Source of the DNA: an uncultured Enterobacterales bacterium
GTDB lineage: Bacteria > Myxococcota_A > UBA796 > JAFGLY01
Direction: 5' to 3'
Assembly (NCBI GenBank): GCA_964481655.1
Contig: CAYZVO010000012.1
Location: forward strand, 4,654-68,653
Length of the DNA: 64,000 nt
Shown: positions 34,191 to 43,314 of the stretch, piece after piece
Layout: each line of letters starts with the position of its first letter
Position numbering within the stretch: the first letter of the stretch is position 1
The notes under the pieces: generated by a model
Database searches by the model: none
The model's input: only the letters and a program-made list of their open reading frames with translations
What the model was told of the DNA's origin: nothing
Position numbers and translations under genes: made by a program

Positions 34191-35120
34191 ATGCCGTGGA
34201 CCGATCACCCCGCCAACCCCCTCATCCGCCCCCGCTGGTGGAGCTGGATCGTGGGCGATCCGTCTGTCCTCACCCCAGCGCAGACCCCCGACGGCAGCTG
34301 GCGGCTGTTCTGCAACAACGTGCAGGGCATCTATCAGTACCGTTCCGCCGACGGGCTGGCCTGGGAGCTGGTCCAGCGCATCGACGCCAACGGCTTCCGG
34401 GCCTGGGTGCTGCCATGGGACGGGCGCTTCCATCTGTACTACCAGCGCTTTCACAAGCTCTGGCAGGCCAGCACGGTGGTGCACCGGGTCAGCGAGGATC
34501 TCGTGCGCTGGAGCGACCACCGGGTGGCGCTGGCGCCGGAGCTGCCCTGGGAGGGCGCCAACGTCTCGAACAGCTGCGTGCTGCCGGCCCCCGACGGCGG
34601 GCTGTGGCACTACTACTCGGCGGACCTGGTCTACCTGAAGGACATGGGCTTCTCCGAGCCCAAGCACATCTCCCGGGCCTGGGCACCAGCGCCCGAGGGT
34701 CCCTGGGACAAGCGCCCCGAGCCGATCCTGGGCCCGGAGCCCGGGCACCGCTTCCGGGACGCCGGTGCCGGCGCCATCAAGGTCTACGACGGGCTGATCG
34801 ACGGGTACTACACCGGCTTCCAGAACGGGATCTACAAGGACGCCCAGGGTCGCTCGGCCTCGGCGGTCCTGCTGCTGCGCTCCCGGGACGGGCTGGACTG
34901 GGAGGAGCACCCCGACAACCCCATCCTCGCCCCCAGCGGCGGCGAGCCCCGCTGGCGCCGGGCCCACGTCTACCAGGTGGACGTCGTGCCCATCGGCGAC
35001 GCCCTGTGGATGTACTACAACGCCCGCGACGGCTGGCGCGTCGGGGTGGAGCGCATCGGGCTGACGATCCTCGAGGACGCCGAGGCGCTCTGGTCGATCA
35101 GTCCTGCACCGCCGGGATGA
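34191..35120 (+). CDS. Five-bladed beta-propeller glycosidase-like protein (GH130/GH43/DUF377-like)
   Basis: The track ORF 34131..35120 is trimmed to ATG 34191 (MPWTDHPANPLIRP...). It shows the repeated pattern W..GDPSVL, DGLAWE, HLYY, DLVRW, LWHYY, DGLDWE and LWMYYNARDG, typical of these propeller families. Confidence 0.55.
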   Translation: MPWTDHPANPLIRPRWWSWIVGDPSVLTPAQTPDGSWRLFCNNVQGIYQYRSADGLAWELVQRIDANGFRAWVLPWDGRFHLYYQRFHKLWQASTVVHRVSEDLVRWSDHRVALAPELPWEGANVSNSCVLPAPDGGLWHYYSADLVYLKDMGFSEPKHISRAWAPAPEGPWDKRPEPILGPEPGHRFRDAGAGAIKVYDGLIDGYYTGFQNGIYKDAQGRSASAVLLLRSRDGLDWEEHPDNPILAPSGGEPRWRRAHVYQVDVVPIGDALWMYYNARDGWRVGVERIGLTILEDAEALWSISPAPPG

Positions 35121-36333
35121 CGTACTCCCGCAGCAGCCAGTAGCCGTCGTAGTCCGGGGCGTAGTCGGCGGTGTTGGTGGTGATCACGACGACCATGTCC
35201 AGGTCGCGGATCAGGTAGACCAGCTGCCCGCCGTAGCCCCAGGCGATGGCCACGTCGTGGCCCTGGATGCGGGTGAGCCAGAACCAATAGCCGTAGCCCC
35301 AGCCCTCCTCGACGTCGGTGTGCCACTGCTCGGTGGCCGCGATCCAGTCGGCGGGCACGATCTGCTCGCCGTCCCAGGCGCCGTCGCGCATGTGCAGCAG
35401 GCCGAAACGCAGCAGCTCCCGGGGGGTGAGGTAGAGGTTGCAGCCGCCGTGGAAGAGGCCCTGGGGGTCTCGCCCCCAATGCTCGGCGGTGATGCCGATG
35501 GGCTCGAGCAGGTAGCGGTGGGCGTACTCGCAGGTGTTCATGCCCGTGGTGGCGGTGATCAGGGCCGAGGCCATGTGGGTCTGGCCGGTGCAGTACTCGA
35601 ACTCGGTGCCGGGGTCGGCCACCAGGGGCAGGTCGACGATGGCCTGCAGCCAGTCGTCGGTGTCGTCGATGGTGTACTCGGTGAAGTCCTCGATCCAGCG
35701 GAACCCGGCGGTCATGGTGAGCAGGTGACGGACGGTGATCTCGAGCTTGCGGGGATCGCTGACGGCGTCGAAGTAGTCGGGGATGATCTCGGCCACCGGC
35801 TGGTCCAGATCCGGGAGGTGGCCCTGCTGGTGGGCCACGCCCATGACGTCGGCCAGGATGCTCTTGGAGGACGAGTGCACCGCGTCGCTGTCCAGGGCCT
35901 GCTTGCCGTGCAGGTAGCGCTCCATCACGATGGCCTCGTTCCGCATCACGATGAAGCTGGTGATGTAGGGGACGGCCTCGAGCTCGCTGGCGGCGTCCTC
36001 GAGCAGGCGCCCGTCCATGCCCTGCTCGGCGGGCTCCGCGTAGGTCCACCAGTCGGCGTCGTCGATGGGCTCTTCGAAGGTGGGGTTGGTCTCGTAGAAG
36101 GTGTGCTCCGCCCCACGGGGCAGGCTGTGGATGGCGTCGCAGTCCACGGCGCTGACCCAGGGCTCGGTGTCGCCGGTCTCGTCCGGGTTGTCGGTCTCCC
36201 AGGGGGTGGCCCCGGTCTCGGTGTCCGGGGTGCTGTCCTGGGTGTCGCCAGGCTGGGTGTCGGCGCCAGGGCCGTCCTGGCAGGAGCAGGCGGTGAGGGA
36301 GAGCAGCAGCGCCGCGGAGACGAGCTTGATCAT
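35098..36333 (-). CDS. Serine hydrolase, beta-lactamase/transpeptidase-like family lipoprotein
   Basis: The track ORF 35098..37083 is trimmed to ATG 36333 (MIKLVSAALLLSLTAC, lipobox), with a GGAGG RBS. The SxxK motif is SSSKS. TVRHLLTMTAGF and EYCTGQTHM blocks are also present. Confidence 0.7.
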   Translation of the reverse strand: MIKLVSAALLLSLTACSCQDGPGADTQPGDTQDSTPDTETGATPWETDNPDETGDTEPWVSAVDCDAIHSLPRGAEHTFYETNPTFEEPIDDADWWTYAEPAEQGMDGRLLEDAASELEAVPYITSFIVMRNEAIVMERYLHGKQALDSDAVHSSSKSILADVMGVAHQQGHLPDLDQPVAEIIPDYFDAVSDPRKLEITVRHLLTMTAGFRWIEDFTEYTIDDTDDWLQAIVDLPLVADPGTEFEYCTGQTHMASALITATTGMNTCEYAHRYLLEPIGITAEHWGRDPQGLFHGGCNLYLTPRELLRFGLLHMRDGAWDGEQIVPADWIAATEQWHTDVEEGWGYGYWFWLTRIQGHDVAIAWGYGGQLVYLIRDLDMVVVITTNTADYAPDYDGYWLLREYVIPAVQD

Positions 36334-36441
36334 GGGGTCCTCCGGACTGTGAGCATACCCCGTTCGACCGCCGCATCCCGGTGACGATCTACCCCGCCGA
36401 CGGTGTCCCACCTGCGTGAACCGCCCACCCGAGGATCGACC

Positions 36442-37293
36442 ATGCGGCACAGCACCTGGGCAGCCTTGCTGCTCACCACCATCACGACAGGCTGCGATCC
36501 GGACCTGCTGGTCCCCAACTTCGCCGACGCCAACAGCGCCACCCTCGGGTACGACGACAGCGATGCCGAGCTGTGGCTGAACGTGGCCACGGTCGCCCTG
36601 GAGGTGGCCGACGATCCCGAGGACAACCTGCTGGCCATGGAGGCCACGGTGGGCACCATCCTCGCGGACGACCCCGAGGTGGAGCTGGTGCTCTTCGGGG
36701 AGACCACGCTGGGCTGGTACTACGTGCCCGACGAGGAGGACTACCAGCTCACGGTGGCGGAGCCCATCCCCGGAGAGGCCACGGACCGCGTCGCTGCGCT
36801 GGCCGCGGCCGAGGGGGTGGCCATCGCCTTCGGCATGGCCGAGCTCGACGGTGACACGCTCTACAACAGCCTGGTGCTCGTCGACGAGCGAGGGGAGATC
36901 GTGGCGGTGGCCCGCAAGCAGGCCCTGATCCCCTGGGACGTGACCAGCGGCTACACCCCAGCCGACGAGACCACCATCGCCCAGCTGGGCGAGCTGTCCA
37001 TCGGGCTGGCCATCTGCAATGACGCCAGCCACCAGCCCATGGTGGAGCAGTTCGCCACCGAGGGGGTGGACGTCATCCTGCACGCTTGGGCCACCAACCT
37101 GGGCAACGGCTCCGACGTGGCCCCCCTGGCTCGCATGACCGGCGCCTGGGTGGTGGCCTCCAACCGCTACGGGGAGGAAGGGGAGCAGCGCTACAACGGC
37201 GACATCTTCGTGGCCGACCCGGTGGGTACCCGACGGGTCCAGCAGCGGGACCAGGCCGGGTGGTTGTCCTGGGACATGGGGGTGATGCGATGA
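36442..37293 (+). CDS. Carbon-nitrogen hydrolase (nitrilase superfamily) lipoprotein
   Basis: The track ORF is trimmed to ATG 36442 (MRHSTWAALLLTTITTGC). The Glu-Lys-Cys triad contexts are LVLFGETT, VARKQAL and GLAICND. Confidence 0.7.
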   Translation: MRHSTWAALLLTTITTGCDPDLLVPNFADANSATLGYDDSDAELWLNVATVALEVADDPEDNLLAMEATVGTILADDPEVELVLFGETTLGWYYVPDEEDYQLTVAEPIPGEATDRVAALAAAEGVAIAFGMAELDGDTLYNSLVLVDERGEIVAVARKQALIPWDVTSGYTPADETTIAQLGELSIGLAICNDASHQPMVEQFATEGVDVILHAWATNLGNGSDVAPLARMTGAWVVASNRYGEEGEQRYNGDIFVADPVGTRRVQQRDQAGWLSWDMGVMR

Positions 37294-37880
37294 TCGGCGC
37301 CACCACCCTGCTCGCCCTGGCCCTGCCGAGCGCGACCCTCGCCACCGAGCCCGTGGAGGACCGCTACTCCGTGGGCATCAACGCGCTGGCCCCGTTCACG
37401 GTCCCCGACGGGATCATGACCAAGATGATGGTGCCGATGCTCACAGGCCTCGAGTATGGCCTGGCGGTCAACGGTGGGGTGCAGCTGCGCCCGGCCTGGT
37501 CCGTGCAAGCCAGGATCTCCCTGGGCTCCCCCACGACCCTGGACCACAGCCTGATGCCCCAGCTGCAGCTGGGCACCAACCTGCACCTGCCCAGGGACAC
37601 AGCCGGCGGGCCCTACGCCGGCGCCCACCTGCGGGGCTGGGATCTGTACTACCGCGACGTGGGCGACCACTACTACAGCCTGCAGCCCTTCGCGGTGCTC
37701 GGCTGGCGCTGGGTCCGGGGGCCGATGTTCTACGACCTGCGGCTCAGTCAGATGCTGGGCGCCTGGAGCGCCTCGAGCGTCGAGCACAGCCAGGCGGACT
37801 ACGACTTCTATGTCTCCCCTGCCCCCGAGATCTACCCGGTGCTTCCGCTCCTGAGCCTGGACATCGGCCTGGTGTTCTAG
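37290..37880 (+). CDS. Putative outer-membrane beta-barrel protein
   Basis: The ATG overlaps the upstream TGA (ATGA). It has a signal peptide (MIGATTLLALALPSATLA), alternating hydrophobic strands and a C-terminal ...DIGLVF (terminal Phe). Confidence 0.45.
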   Translation: MIGATTLLALALPSATLATEPVEDRYSVGINALAPFTVPDGIMTKMMVPMLTGLEYGLAVNGGVQLRPAWSVQARISLGSPTTLDHSLMPQLQLGTNLHLPRDTAGGPYAGAHLRGWDLYYRDVGDHYYSLQPFAVLGWRWVRGPMFYDLRLSQMLGAWSASSVEHSQADYDFYVSPAPEIYPVLPLLSLDIGLVF

Positions 37881-37931
37881 CGCGGGTCCCCGGCCGGGCT
37901 GCTACCCTCCCCGCAGCGACCGGGAGGCCCG

Positions 37932-38996
37932 ATGACCCGCACCCTGCCCCTGCTCCTGCTGCTCGCCGCCTGCGGCGAGCCCGAGCCCAAGGACGACACG
38001 TCACCACCGGAAGGAGACACCGACACCGACACCGACGCCGACAGCGACGCCGACAGCGACAGCGACAGCGATGCTGACACGGACGTGCAGGGGTTCCCCC
38101 GGTACTCCCTGAAGGTGTTGTCGGAGCGCGAAGGCCGCGCGGCCGCCGTGACCGACGCTGGCTACGCGGTGGGCTACACCGTGGATGATCAGGTGCTGCT
38201 CTGGACCCTGGGCGACGAAGGCTGGACCGAGTCCGAGGTGCAGCCCGGGGTGGCCGCGGTCGCGTTCGCCGTCAACAGCCAGGGACACGTCCTGGGGCAG
38301 TACACCGAGCAGCGCCGCGGCTTCTTCTGGACGCCCGCCGACGGGCACATCGACCTGAGCGGCACCGTGCGCGCCATGAACGACGCCGATCAGGTGGTGG
38401 GCTTCGACCCGGACAGCTTCCAGCCCTGGATCTGGGAGCCGGACGGAGAGCGCACACTGGTGGAGATCGACGCTGGGGCCTACGGCGTGACCTCGTTCGT
38501 GGCCATCAGCGACGCGGGCCTGGTCGGGGCCTCCGTGGACCGCGGGGTCTACGGCAAGAACGCCGCCCGCTGGGACAGCGCGGACGGGCTCGTGGAGCTC
38601 GACAACGTCGGCACCAACTCGTTCTGCACGGCCAACGCCATGAACCAGGCCGGAAGCCTCGTGGGTTGGTGCATGGAGAACTCGGAGACCGACGAGATGA
38701 TCGCGGTGACCTGGCCGGCCGACGGGGTCGCCCAACAGCTGACCGAGTGGGCGAGCAGCTGCTACGCCAACGCCATGGACATCAGCGACGACGGCCTGAT
38801 GCTCGGCACGGACAGCTGCGGCCCCAGCCCCTGGCTGCGCCTCGGCGGCGACACCGTGCCCATGCTGGAGCTGGTGGACGACATGCAGGGCTGGGAGATC
38901 TTCACCCCGATGACGATGAGCGCGGGCGGCACCATCGCGGGTCGGGTCGAAGCTCAGGACACGACACGACCGGCGCTGCTCATCCCGGTGGAGTAG
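37932..38996 (+). CDS. HAF-repeat extracellular lipoprotein with a (Asp-Thr/Ser/Ala)n linker
   Basis: 354-aa ORF: MTRTLPLLLLLAAC (lipobox), then GDTDTDTDADSDADSDSDSDADTD. It then has repeated A.N..G.vvG units (AVNSQGHVLG, AMNDADQVVG, AISDAGLVG, AMNQAGSLVG, DISDDGLMLG). Confidence 0.7.
   Translation: MTRTLPLLLLLAACGEPEPKDDTSPPEGDTDTDTDADSDADSDSDSDADTDVQGFPRYSLKVLSEREGRAAAVTDAGYAVGYTVDDQVLLWTLGDEGWTESEVQPGVAAVAFAVNSQGHVLGQYTEQRRGFFWTPADGHIDLSGTVRAMNDADQVVGFDPDSFQPWIWEPDGERTLVEIDAGAYGVTSFVAISDAGLVGASVDRGVYGKNAARWDSADGLVELDNVGTNSFCTANAMNQAGSLVGWCMENSETDEMIAVTWPADGVAQQLTEWASSCYANAMDISDDGLMLGTDSCGPSPWLRLGGDTVPMLELVDDMQGWEIFTPMTMSAGGTIAGRVEAQDTTRPALLIPVE
38026..38093 (+). repeat. Imperfect hexanucleotide tandem repeat (GAC-NNC)n encoding the D-[TSA] linker
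   Basis: gacaccgacaccgacaccgacgccgacagcgacgccgacagcgacagcgacagcgatgctgacacggac, read directly from the sequence. Confidence 0.9.
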
Positions 38997-39014
38997 CAGA
39001 GCCTCCGGGAACGG

Positions 39015-39031
39015 GAGGGGATGAACCCCTC
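39015..39031. terminator. Short GC hairpin between convergent genes (possible bidirectional terminator)
   Basis: GAGGGG-atgaa-CCCCTC is a perfect 6-bp stem. An overlapping alternative is CCTCC(39002..39006)/GGAGG(39014..39018). No U tract. Confidence 0.3.
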
Positions 39032-39033
39032 GC

Positions 39034-40254
39034 CTAGGTCTGGGAGGCGGCCTCCCGCGCCTCGATGGTCTTGATCGTCGCCGTCGCCAGCCTGCGCAGG
39101 CTTGGGCGCATCCCGGGATGCTTCGCCACCATCTCGAGGCTGGGGCGCACGCTGTGGTCGCCCTGGGCGACCTTCAGGATGGCGACCATCAGGCGCACGT
39201 CGGGGGTGCGAGGGGCGAGCTTGACGGCCTGGCGCAGGTGGGCCTCGGCGGCCGCGATGCTGCGCGGTTCCGGGCGGTAGAGGTAGAGCAAGGCCGCCCG
39301 GGTGTGGGGGAACCAGTGGCCCTGCAGCTGGGTGCAGGCCTTGCCGTGCAGCTGGCGTGCGGTCTCGCCGTCGCCCTGCAGCTCGGCCTCGAGGGCCTGC
39401 AGCACGGTGAGCGCGCCGGCAGCCTTGGGGTGCTCCATGTCACCGGCGGTGGCGATGAGGCCCTGGATGGCCTCGAGTCCGGCCTGCTCGCACCACAGGC
39501 GAGCCAGCTCGATGAGGTGCAGGGGCTCGAGGGCCGCGTGCTCCTGCACGGTCTGCAGCATGGGGGGCACGCGCTCACCGCGCCCGGCCAGCAGCTCGAG
39601 CTCGGCGAGATCCATCAGCAGCCCCGGGGTCTGCACCAACCCGCCGGCCAGCAAGCCGGCGATGCGGTCGGCACCCTCGGCCACCTGGCCGGTCATGCGG
39701 AACAGGCGCGCCATGGCCCGGTAGGGGCCCTCGTGGGCGGGGTTGAGCTGCTGGGCCAGCCGCAGCATGTCCAGGGCGGGCTGAAGGCGGCCGGTGGCCA
39801 TGAGCACCAGCCCCAGCCCGAAGTGGGCCTCGGCGCTCTTCGGGTCCTGATCGATGGCGCGGGACAGCTCGGCCTCGGCGTCATCCATGCGGCGCAGCCG
39901 GAACAGGGCGCGACCCACGAGCACCCGTGAGGCAGCGTCGGCTGGATCGTCGGCCAGCAGGCCCCGGGCGGCGTCGAGGCCGGACTCGGTGCGGCCCAGC
40001 TCGATGAGGGCCTCGGCCCGCAGCCGGGCGGAGAAGAGGGCCAGCTCGGGCGCGGGCGCGTCGTAGCCACCCGCGGCGTCCAGCACGGCCTGCCAGCGCC
40101 CTTGCCCGGCGGAGACCGCCGCCTGGCTGATGGTGCTGACGCCGCGCACCCGGTCGGCCAGCGCGGCCTGGTCCTGGGAGACCTGGGCGTAGTCGCCCAG
40201 CGTCGCGGCCACCCGCAGCCGCTCGAGGATGGTGAGGATCTCGCTCGTGTCCAT
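39034..40254 (-). CDS. TPR-repeat protein
   Basis: 406-aa ORF. It is all-helical and Ala/Leu-rich with repeated TPR-like units (AEAHFGLGLVLMATGRLQPALDML, GPYRAMARLF...). It lies 56 nt downstream of, and co-directional with, the 743-aa unknown gene. Confidence 0.7.
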   Translation of the reverse strand: MDTSEILTILERLRVAATLGDYAQVSQDQAALADRVRGVSTISQAAVSAGQGRWQAVLDAAGGYDAPAPELALFSARLRAEALIELGRTESGLDAARGLLADDPADAASRVLVGRALFRLRRMDDAEAELSRAIDQDPKSAEAHFGLGLVLMATGRLQPALDMLRLAQQLNPAHEGPYRAMARLFRMTGQVAEGADRIAGLLAGGLVQTPGLLMDLAELELLAGRGERVPPMLQTVQEHAALEPLHLIELARLWCEQAGLEAIQGLIATAGDMEHPKAAGALTVLQALEAELQGDGETARQLHGKACTQLQGHWFPHTRAALLYLYRPEPRSIAAAEAHLRQAVKLAPRTPDVRLMVAILKVAQGDHSVRPSLEMVAKHPGMRPSLRRLATATIKTIEAREAASQT

Positions 40255-40310
40255 GTGGCCTCACGGTCACGGCCACGGGGCCGCGCGCTGTCAGGAGGGT
40301 CCCGTCGGGG

Positions 40311-42542
40311 CTACCAGAGGTCGAAGAGGTCGTCGCCCACCCAGTCCACCGCGGTGGCCAGGGCCCCGGACCAGCCGCCTTCGGCCTTCTCTTCTTCCAT
40401 CCACTCGTCGATCTTGGCCTGGATGATGTCCACGGCGTCGTCGTACCAGTCCGAGGCCTGCTCGAGGGCCTTGACCAGCCACTCGGTGCCGCGCATGAAC
40501 AGCACGCCGGCGAAGCGCACGCCGTCGATGGCGTCGAGGATGAGGTCCGTGTGCACGCCCGCGCCCAGGCCGACGGTGCCCGCCAGGGAACCGCTGACGT
40601 TGATCTTGCCACCCTTGAGGGTGAGCCCGAACTTGGCCTCACCGCCGATGCCGGCGGAGCCTTCCACGCCGGCCTTGCCGGTGAGCAGGTCGGACTTGCC
40701 GGAGCCGATGAGCACCCGGGAGACCTCGGTCCAGGTGGAGTCGGGGACCTTGTCCACCAGGTAGTCGTCGAAGCCGCCGGGCAGGGACTTGGCGAAGCCC
40801 TTGACCAGCTGGGTGTAGTCGGGCTGGCGGCGCCAACGGATCTTCGCACCGACCTCGACCCCGGCCTTGGCGCCGGCGAAGGCCTTGCCGCCGCCGGAGA
40901 CCTGCACGCCCAGATCGTCGCCCTTCGAGATGTCCAGATCGATGTTGCCGTTGGCCTCGGCCAGGACCGCGGCGCTGACTCCGGCGGTGACGGCCACATC
41001 GACCTTCTCGCCCAACATGGTCCAGCCGAAGGTGGGGGCCTCGATGCGGGCGTTGCCGCCGATGAGGGTGGCCTTGGCGCCGGCGCTGCCGCCGACCTTG
41101 ATGGCGTCATCGGTGATCGTGGCGCGGCCCTTGGCGTTGGCTTCGGCGCTCAGGGCGTTCCAGGAGGCCTCGGCCTCGCCGCCGCCGTTGTCCCACTTGT
41201 GCTGGATCTTCTGCTCGTAGAGGCTGGCCTTGGCGCCAGCGTTGACCTCGGCGTAGCGGTTGCCGTCGTCGTCCTTGCCAGCCTTGGCGCCGGCCTCGGC
41301 TTCGGTCTTGCCCCAGGTGGTGGTGAGGCGGGTGTGCTTGTCGAGCTTGTCGACCGTCTCGCTGTGGGTGTCTGTGATCTTGCGGCTGATGCCGGCGGAC
41401 TGCCGGTCGGCGGACAGGGTGGTGGCGTCCTCGTGCTTGCCGGTGACGATGGGGGAGCCATCCGCCGCCACAGAGCGGGTCTGGGTGGTCTCCTTGAAGG
41501 TCAGGCTGCCGCCGATGCCCTTGTCGGTGCGGTAGCCCACGTCGCCGCGGACACCCTCCTGGGTCTGGTCGCTGACCTTGGTGCCGTCCTCGAGGACGCG
41601 CTCCTCGATGACGCCGGAGGTGTAGCCGTAGCCGACGCCCACGCCGTGATCGACGGTCTTCTCGTCGTCCTTCTTGCCGTGGATCCGTTCGCCGGAGACG
41701 GAGTAGTCGTGATCCGAGGTGTAGGTGGTCTTGCTGCCGTCGCCGTGGTCGGTGGTGATCCTCGAGCCGGTGCCGCCGGTGAACTTCAGGCCGCCGGTCT
41801 TGGTGTCGCCATCCTTGGTCAGCGAGCCTTCGCCGCCGGCCTTCCAGTAGTCGGTGTGGGTGAGGTTCCCATCCGTGCGGGTGTCATCGACCCGGACCTC
41901 CGAGCCCACCTTGTTGGTGCCGCCCCAGTTGACCTTCTTGTCCTTGTCGGCGCCGGGGCCGAACTCGGAGCTGACGGAGCTGTGGCGACCGAAGTCGGAG
42001 GACTCGGTCTGGGAGGTGGTGATGGTGCGGGTGGTGCCGTCGGAGCCGGTGTACTTGGCGCGCTGCTTCTTGTCGTAGTTGAGGTACTGGGTCTCTTCGG
42101 CCCGCTTCCACTCTTCCTCTTCGAAGGCGGCTTCGTTCTGCTCGTCGGACTCACCGACCATCCGGAAGGTGACATCGTCGGAGGTGGTGCTCGCGTCGGA
42201 GACGGGCGCGGCGCCGCGGCCGGCGCTGACCGAGCTGCTGCTCGAACCGCCCCAACCGAACAGATCGCCCAACCAGCCGAAGAACCCGCCCTCGCCCATG
42301 TCGCCGCCCACATCTTCGCTGGGGCCGGCGGATTCGGTGCCCTCGAGCTGCAGCGGGCCGACGGTCTGGCCGGCGATGCTGGTGCTGGAGCTGTCCTGTT
42401 CTTCGGCCGGCGTGCTCAAGGTGGCCACGTCGCCGGAGGCGCTGGTGGTCTGGTTCTCGTTGGCGATGTCCACGCTCTGATCGACCGCGGCCGACTCGAG
42501 GACCTGCTCCTTCTTCTTGGCGCGGGTCTTGGACAACGACAT
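40311..42542 (-). CDS. Large leaderless Gly/Thr/Lys/Asp/Ala-rich protein of unknown family
   Basis: The track ORF 40311..43070 is trimmed to ATG 42542 (MSLSKTRAKKKEQVLES...), with a GGAGGTG RBS. No signal peptide or lipobox. It has an N-terminal GFFGWLGDLFGWGG motif, a long beta-strand-like T/D/K/G middle, repeated AGAKA/EANAKG units and a helical acidic C-terminus ending DWVGDDLFDLW. Confidence 0.7.
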   Translation of the reverse strand: MSLSKTRAKKKEQVLESAAVDQSVDIANENQTTSASGDVATLSTPAEEQDSSSTSIAGQTVGPLQLEGTESAGPSEDVGGDMGEGGFFGWLGDLFGWGGSSSSSVSAGRGAAPVSDASTTSDDVTFRMVGESDEQNEAAFEEEEWKRAEETQYLNYDKKQRAKYTGSDGTTRTITTSQTESSDFGRHSSVSSEFGPGADKDKKVNWGGTNKVGSEVRVDDTRTDGNLTHTDYWKAGGEGSLTKDGDTKTGGLKFTGGTGSRITTDHGDGSKTTYTSDHDYSVSGERIHGKKDDEKTVDHGVGVGYGYTSGVIEERVLEDGTKVSDQTQEGVRGDVGYRTDKGIGGSLTFKETTQTRSVAADGSPIVTGKHEDATTLSADRQSAGISRKITDTHSETVDKLDKHTRLTTTWGKTEAEAGAKAGKDDDGNRYAEVNAGAKASLYEQKIQHKWDNGGGEAEASWNALSAEANAKGRATITDDAIKVGGSAGAKATLIGGNARIEAPTFGWTMLGEKVDVAVTAGVSAAVLAEANGNIDLDISKGDDLGVQVSGGGKAFAGAKAGVEVGAKIRWRRQPDYTQLVKGFAKSLPGGFDDYLVDKVPDSTWTEVSRVLIGSGKSDLLTGKAGVEGSAGIGGEAKFGLTLKGGKINVSGSLAGTVGLGAGVHTDLILDAIDGVRFAGVLFMRGTEWLVKALEQASDWYDDAVDIIQAKIDEWMEEEKAEGGWSGALATAVDWVGDDLFDLW

Positions 42543-42681
42543 GGGCACCTCCAGAGGACACACGAGGGGCGTTGGCGAGCCATCGCGTGAGTGAGCAGTA
42601 TAGCCTCCATCCACGCGTTCCGGAGGGTCGTCTGCACCTCGGTGGGATATGCAGCCCGCCCGCTCGCCCCAGAGGACCTCC

Positions 42682-43314
42682 ATGCTGCTGATGGGCATCG
42701 ACGAAGCAGGCCGCGGCTGCGTGCTGGGGCCCCTGGTGGTGGCCGCCTTCGCCTGCGACGACAGCCAGCTCGAGGCCCTCGCCGCCACCGGCGTCACCGA
42801 CTCGAAGAAGCTGAGCGCCAAGCGCCGGCAGGCCCTGCTGGAGCCCCTGGCCGCCCTCGGCGCGGCGACGCTGCACGAGGTCACCCCGGCGCAGATCGAC
42901 GCGGGCAACATCAACACCCTCGAGCTCGAGGCCATGGCCGCGCTGATCCGCGCGGGGCGGCCCGACGCGGTCTGGATCGACGGCCCGGTGCATCCCCGGG
43001 GCATCCCCCGCTTCGAGCGGCAGCTCCGGGCCCTGCTCGAGCACGACCCCGAGCTGGTCATCGAGCCCAAGGCCGACCTGAACTACCCGGTGGTGAGCGC
43101 GGCCTCCATCTTCGCCAAGACCACCCGCGACGCCCACATCCACGCCCTGGACGGCGTGGGCAGCGGCTACCCCTCGGACCCCAAGACCCGCGCCCACCTC
43201 CAGGCCCTCATCGCCACCGGCGAGCCCCTGCCCCCCTACGTGCGCCAGCGCTGGGGCACGGTGCGGGACCTCTACCAGATGAGCCTGCTGCCGAGCCCGC
43301 CGGAGCGCCCGTGA
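42682..43314 (+). CDS. rnhB: Ribonuclease HII
   Basis: Motifs are MLLMGIDEAGRGCVLGPLVV, TDSKKL, ADLNYPVVSAASIFAK and GSGYPSD. The start is chosen at ATG 42682 (GAGGA upstream). The track ORF begins at ATG 42649, which is the alternative start. Confidence 0.85.
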   Translation: MLLMGIDEAGRGCVLGPLVVAAFACDDSQLEALAATGVTDSKKLSAKRRQALLEPLAALGAATLHEVTPAQIDAGNINTLELEAMAALIRAGRPDAVWIDGPVHPRGIPRFERQLRALLEHDPELVIEPKADLNYPVVSAASIFAKTTRDAHIHALDGVGSGYPSDPKTRAHLQALIATGEPLPPYVRQRWGTVRDLYQMSLLPSPPERP

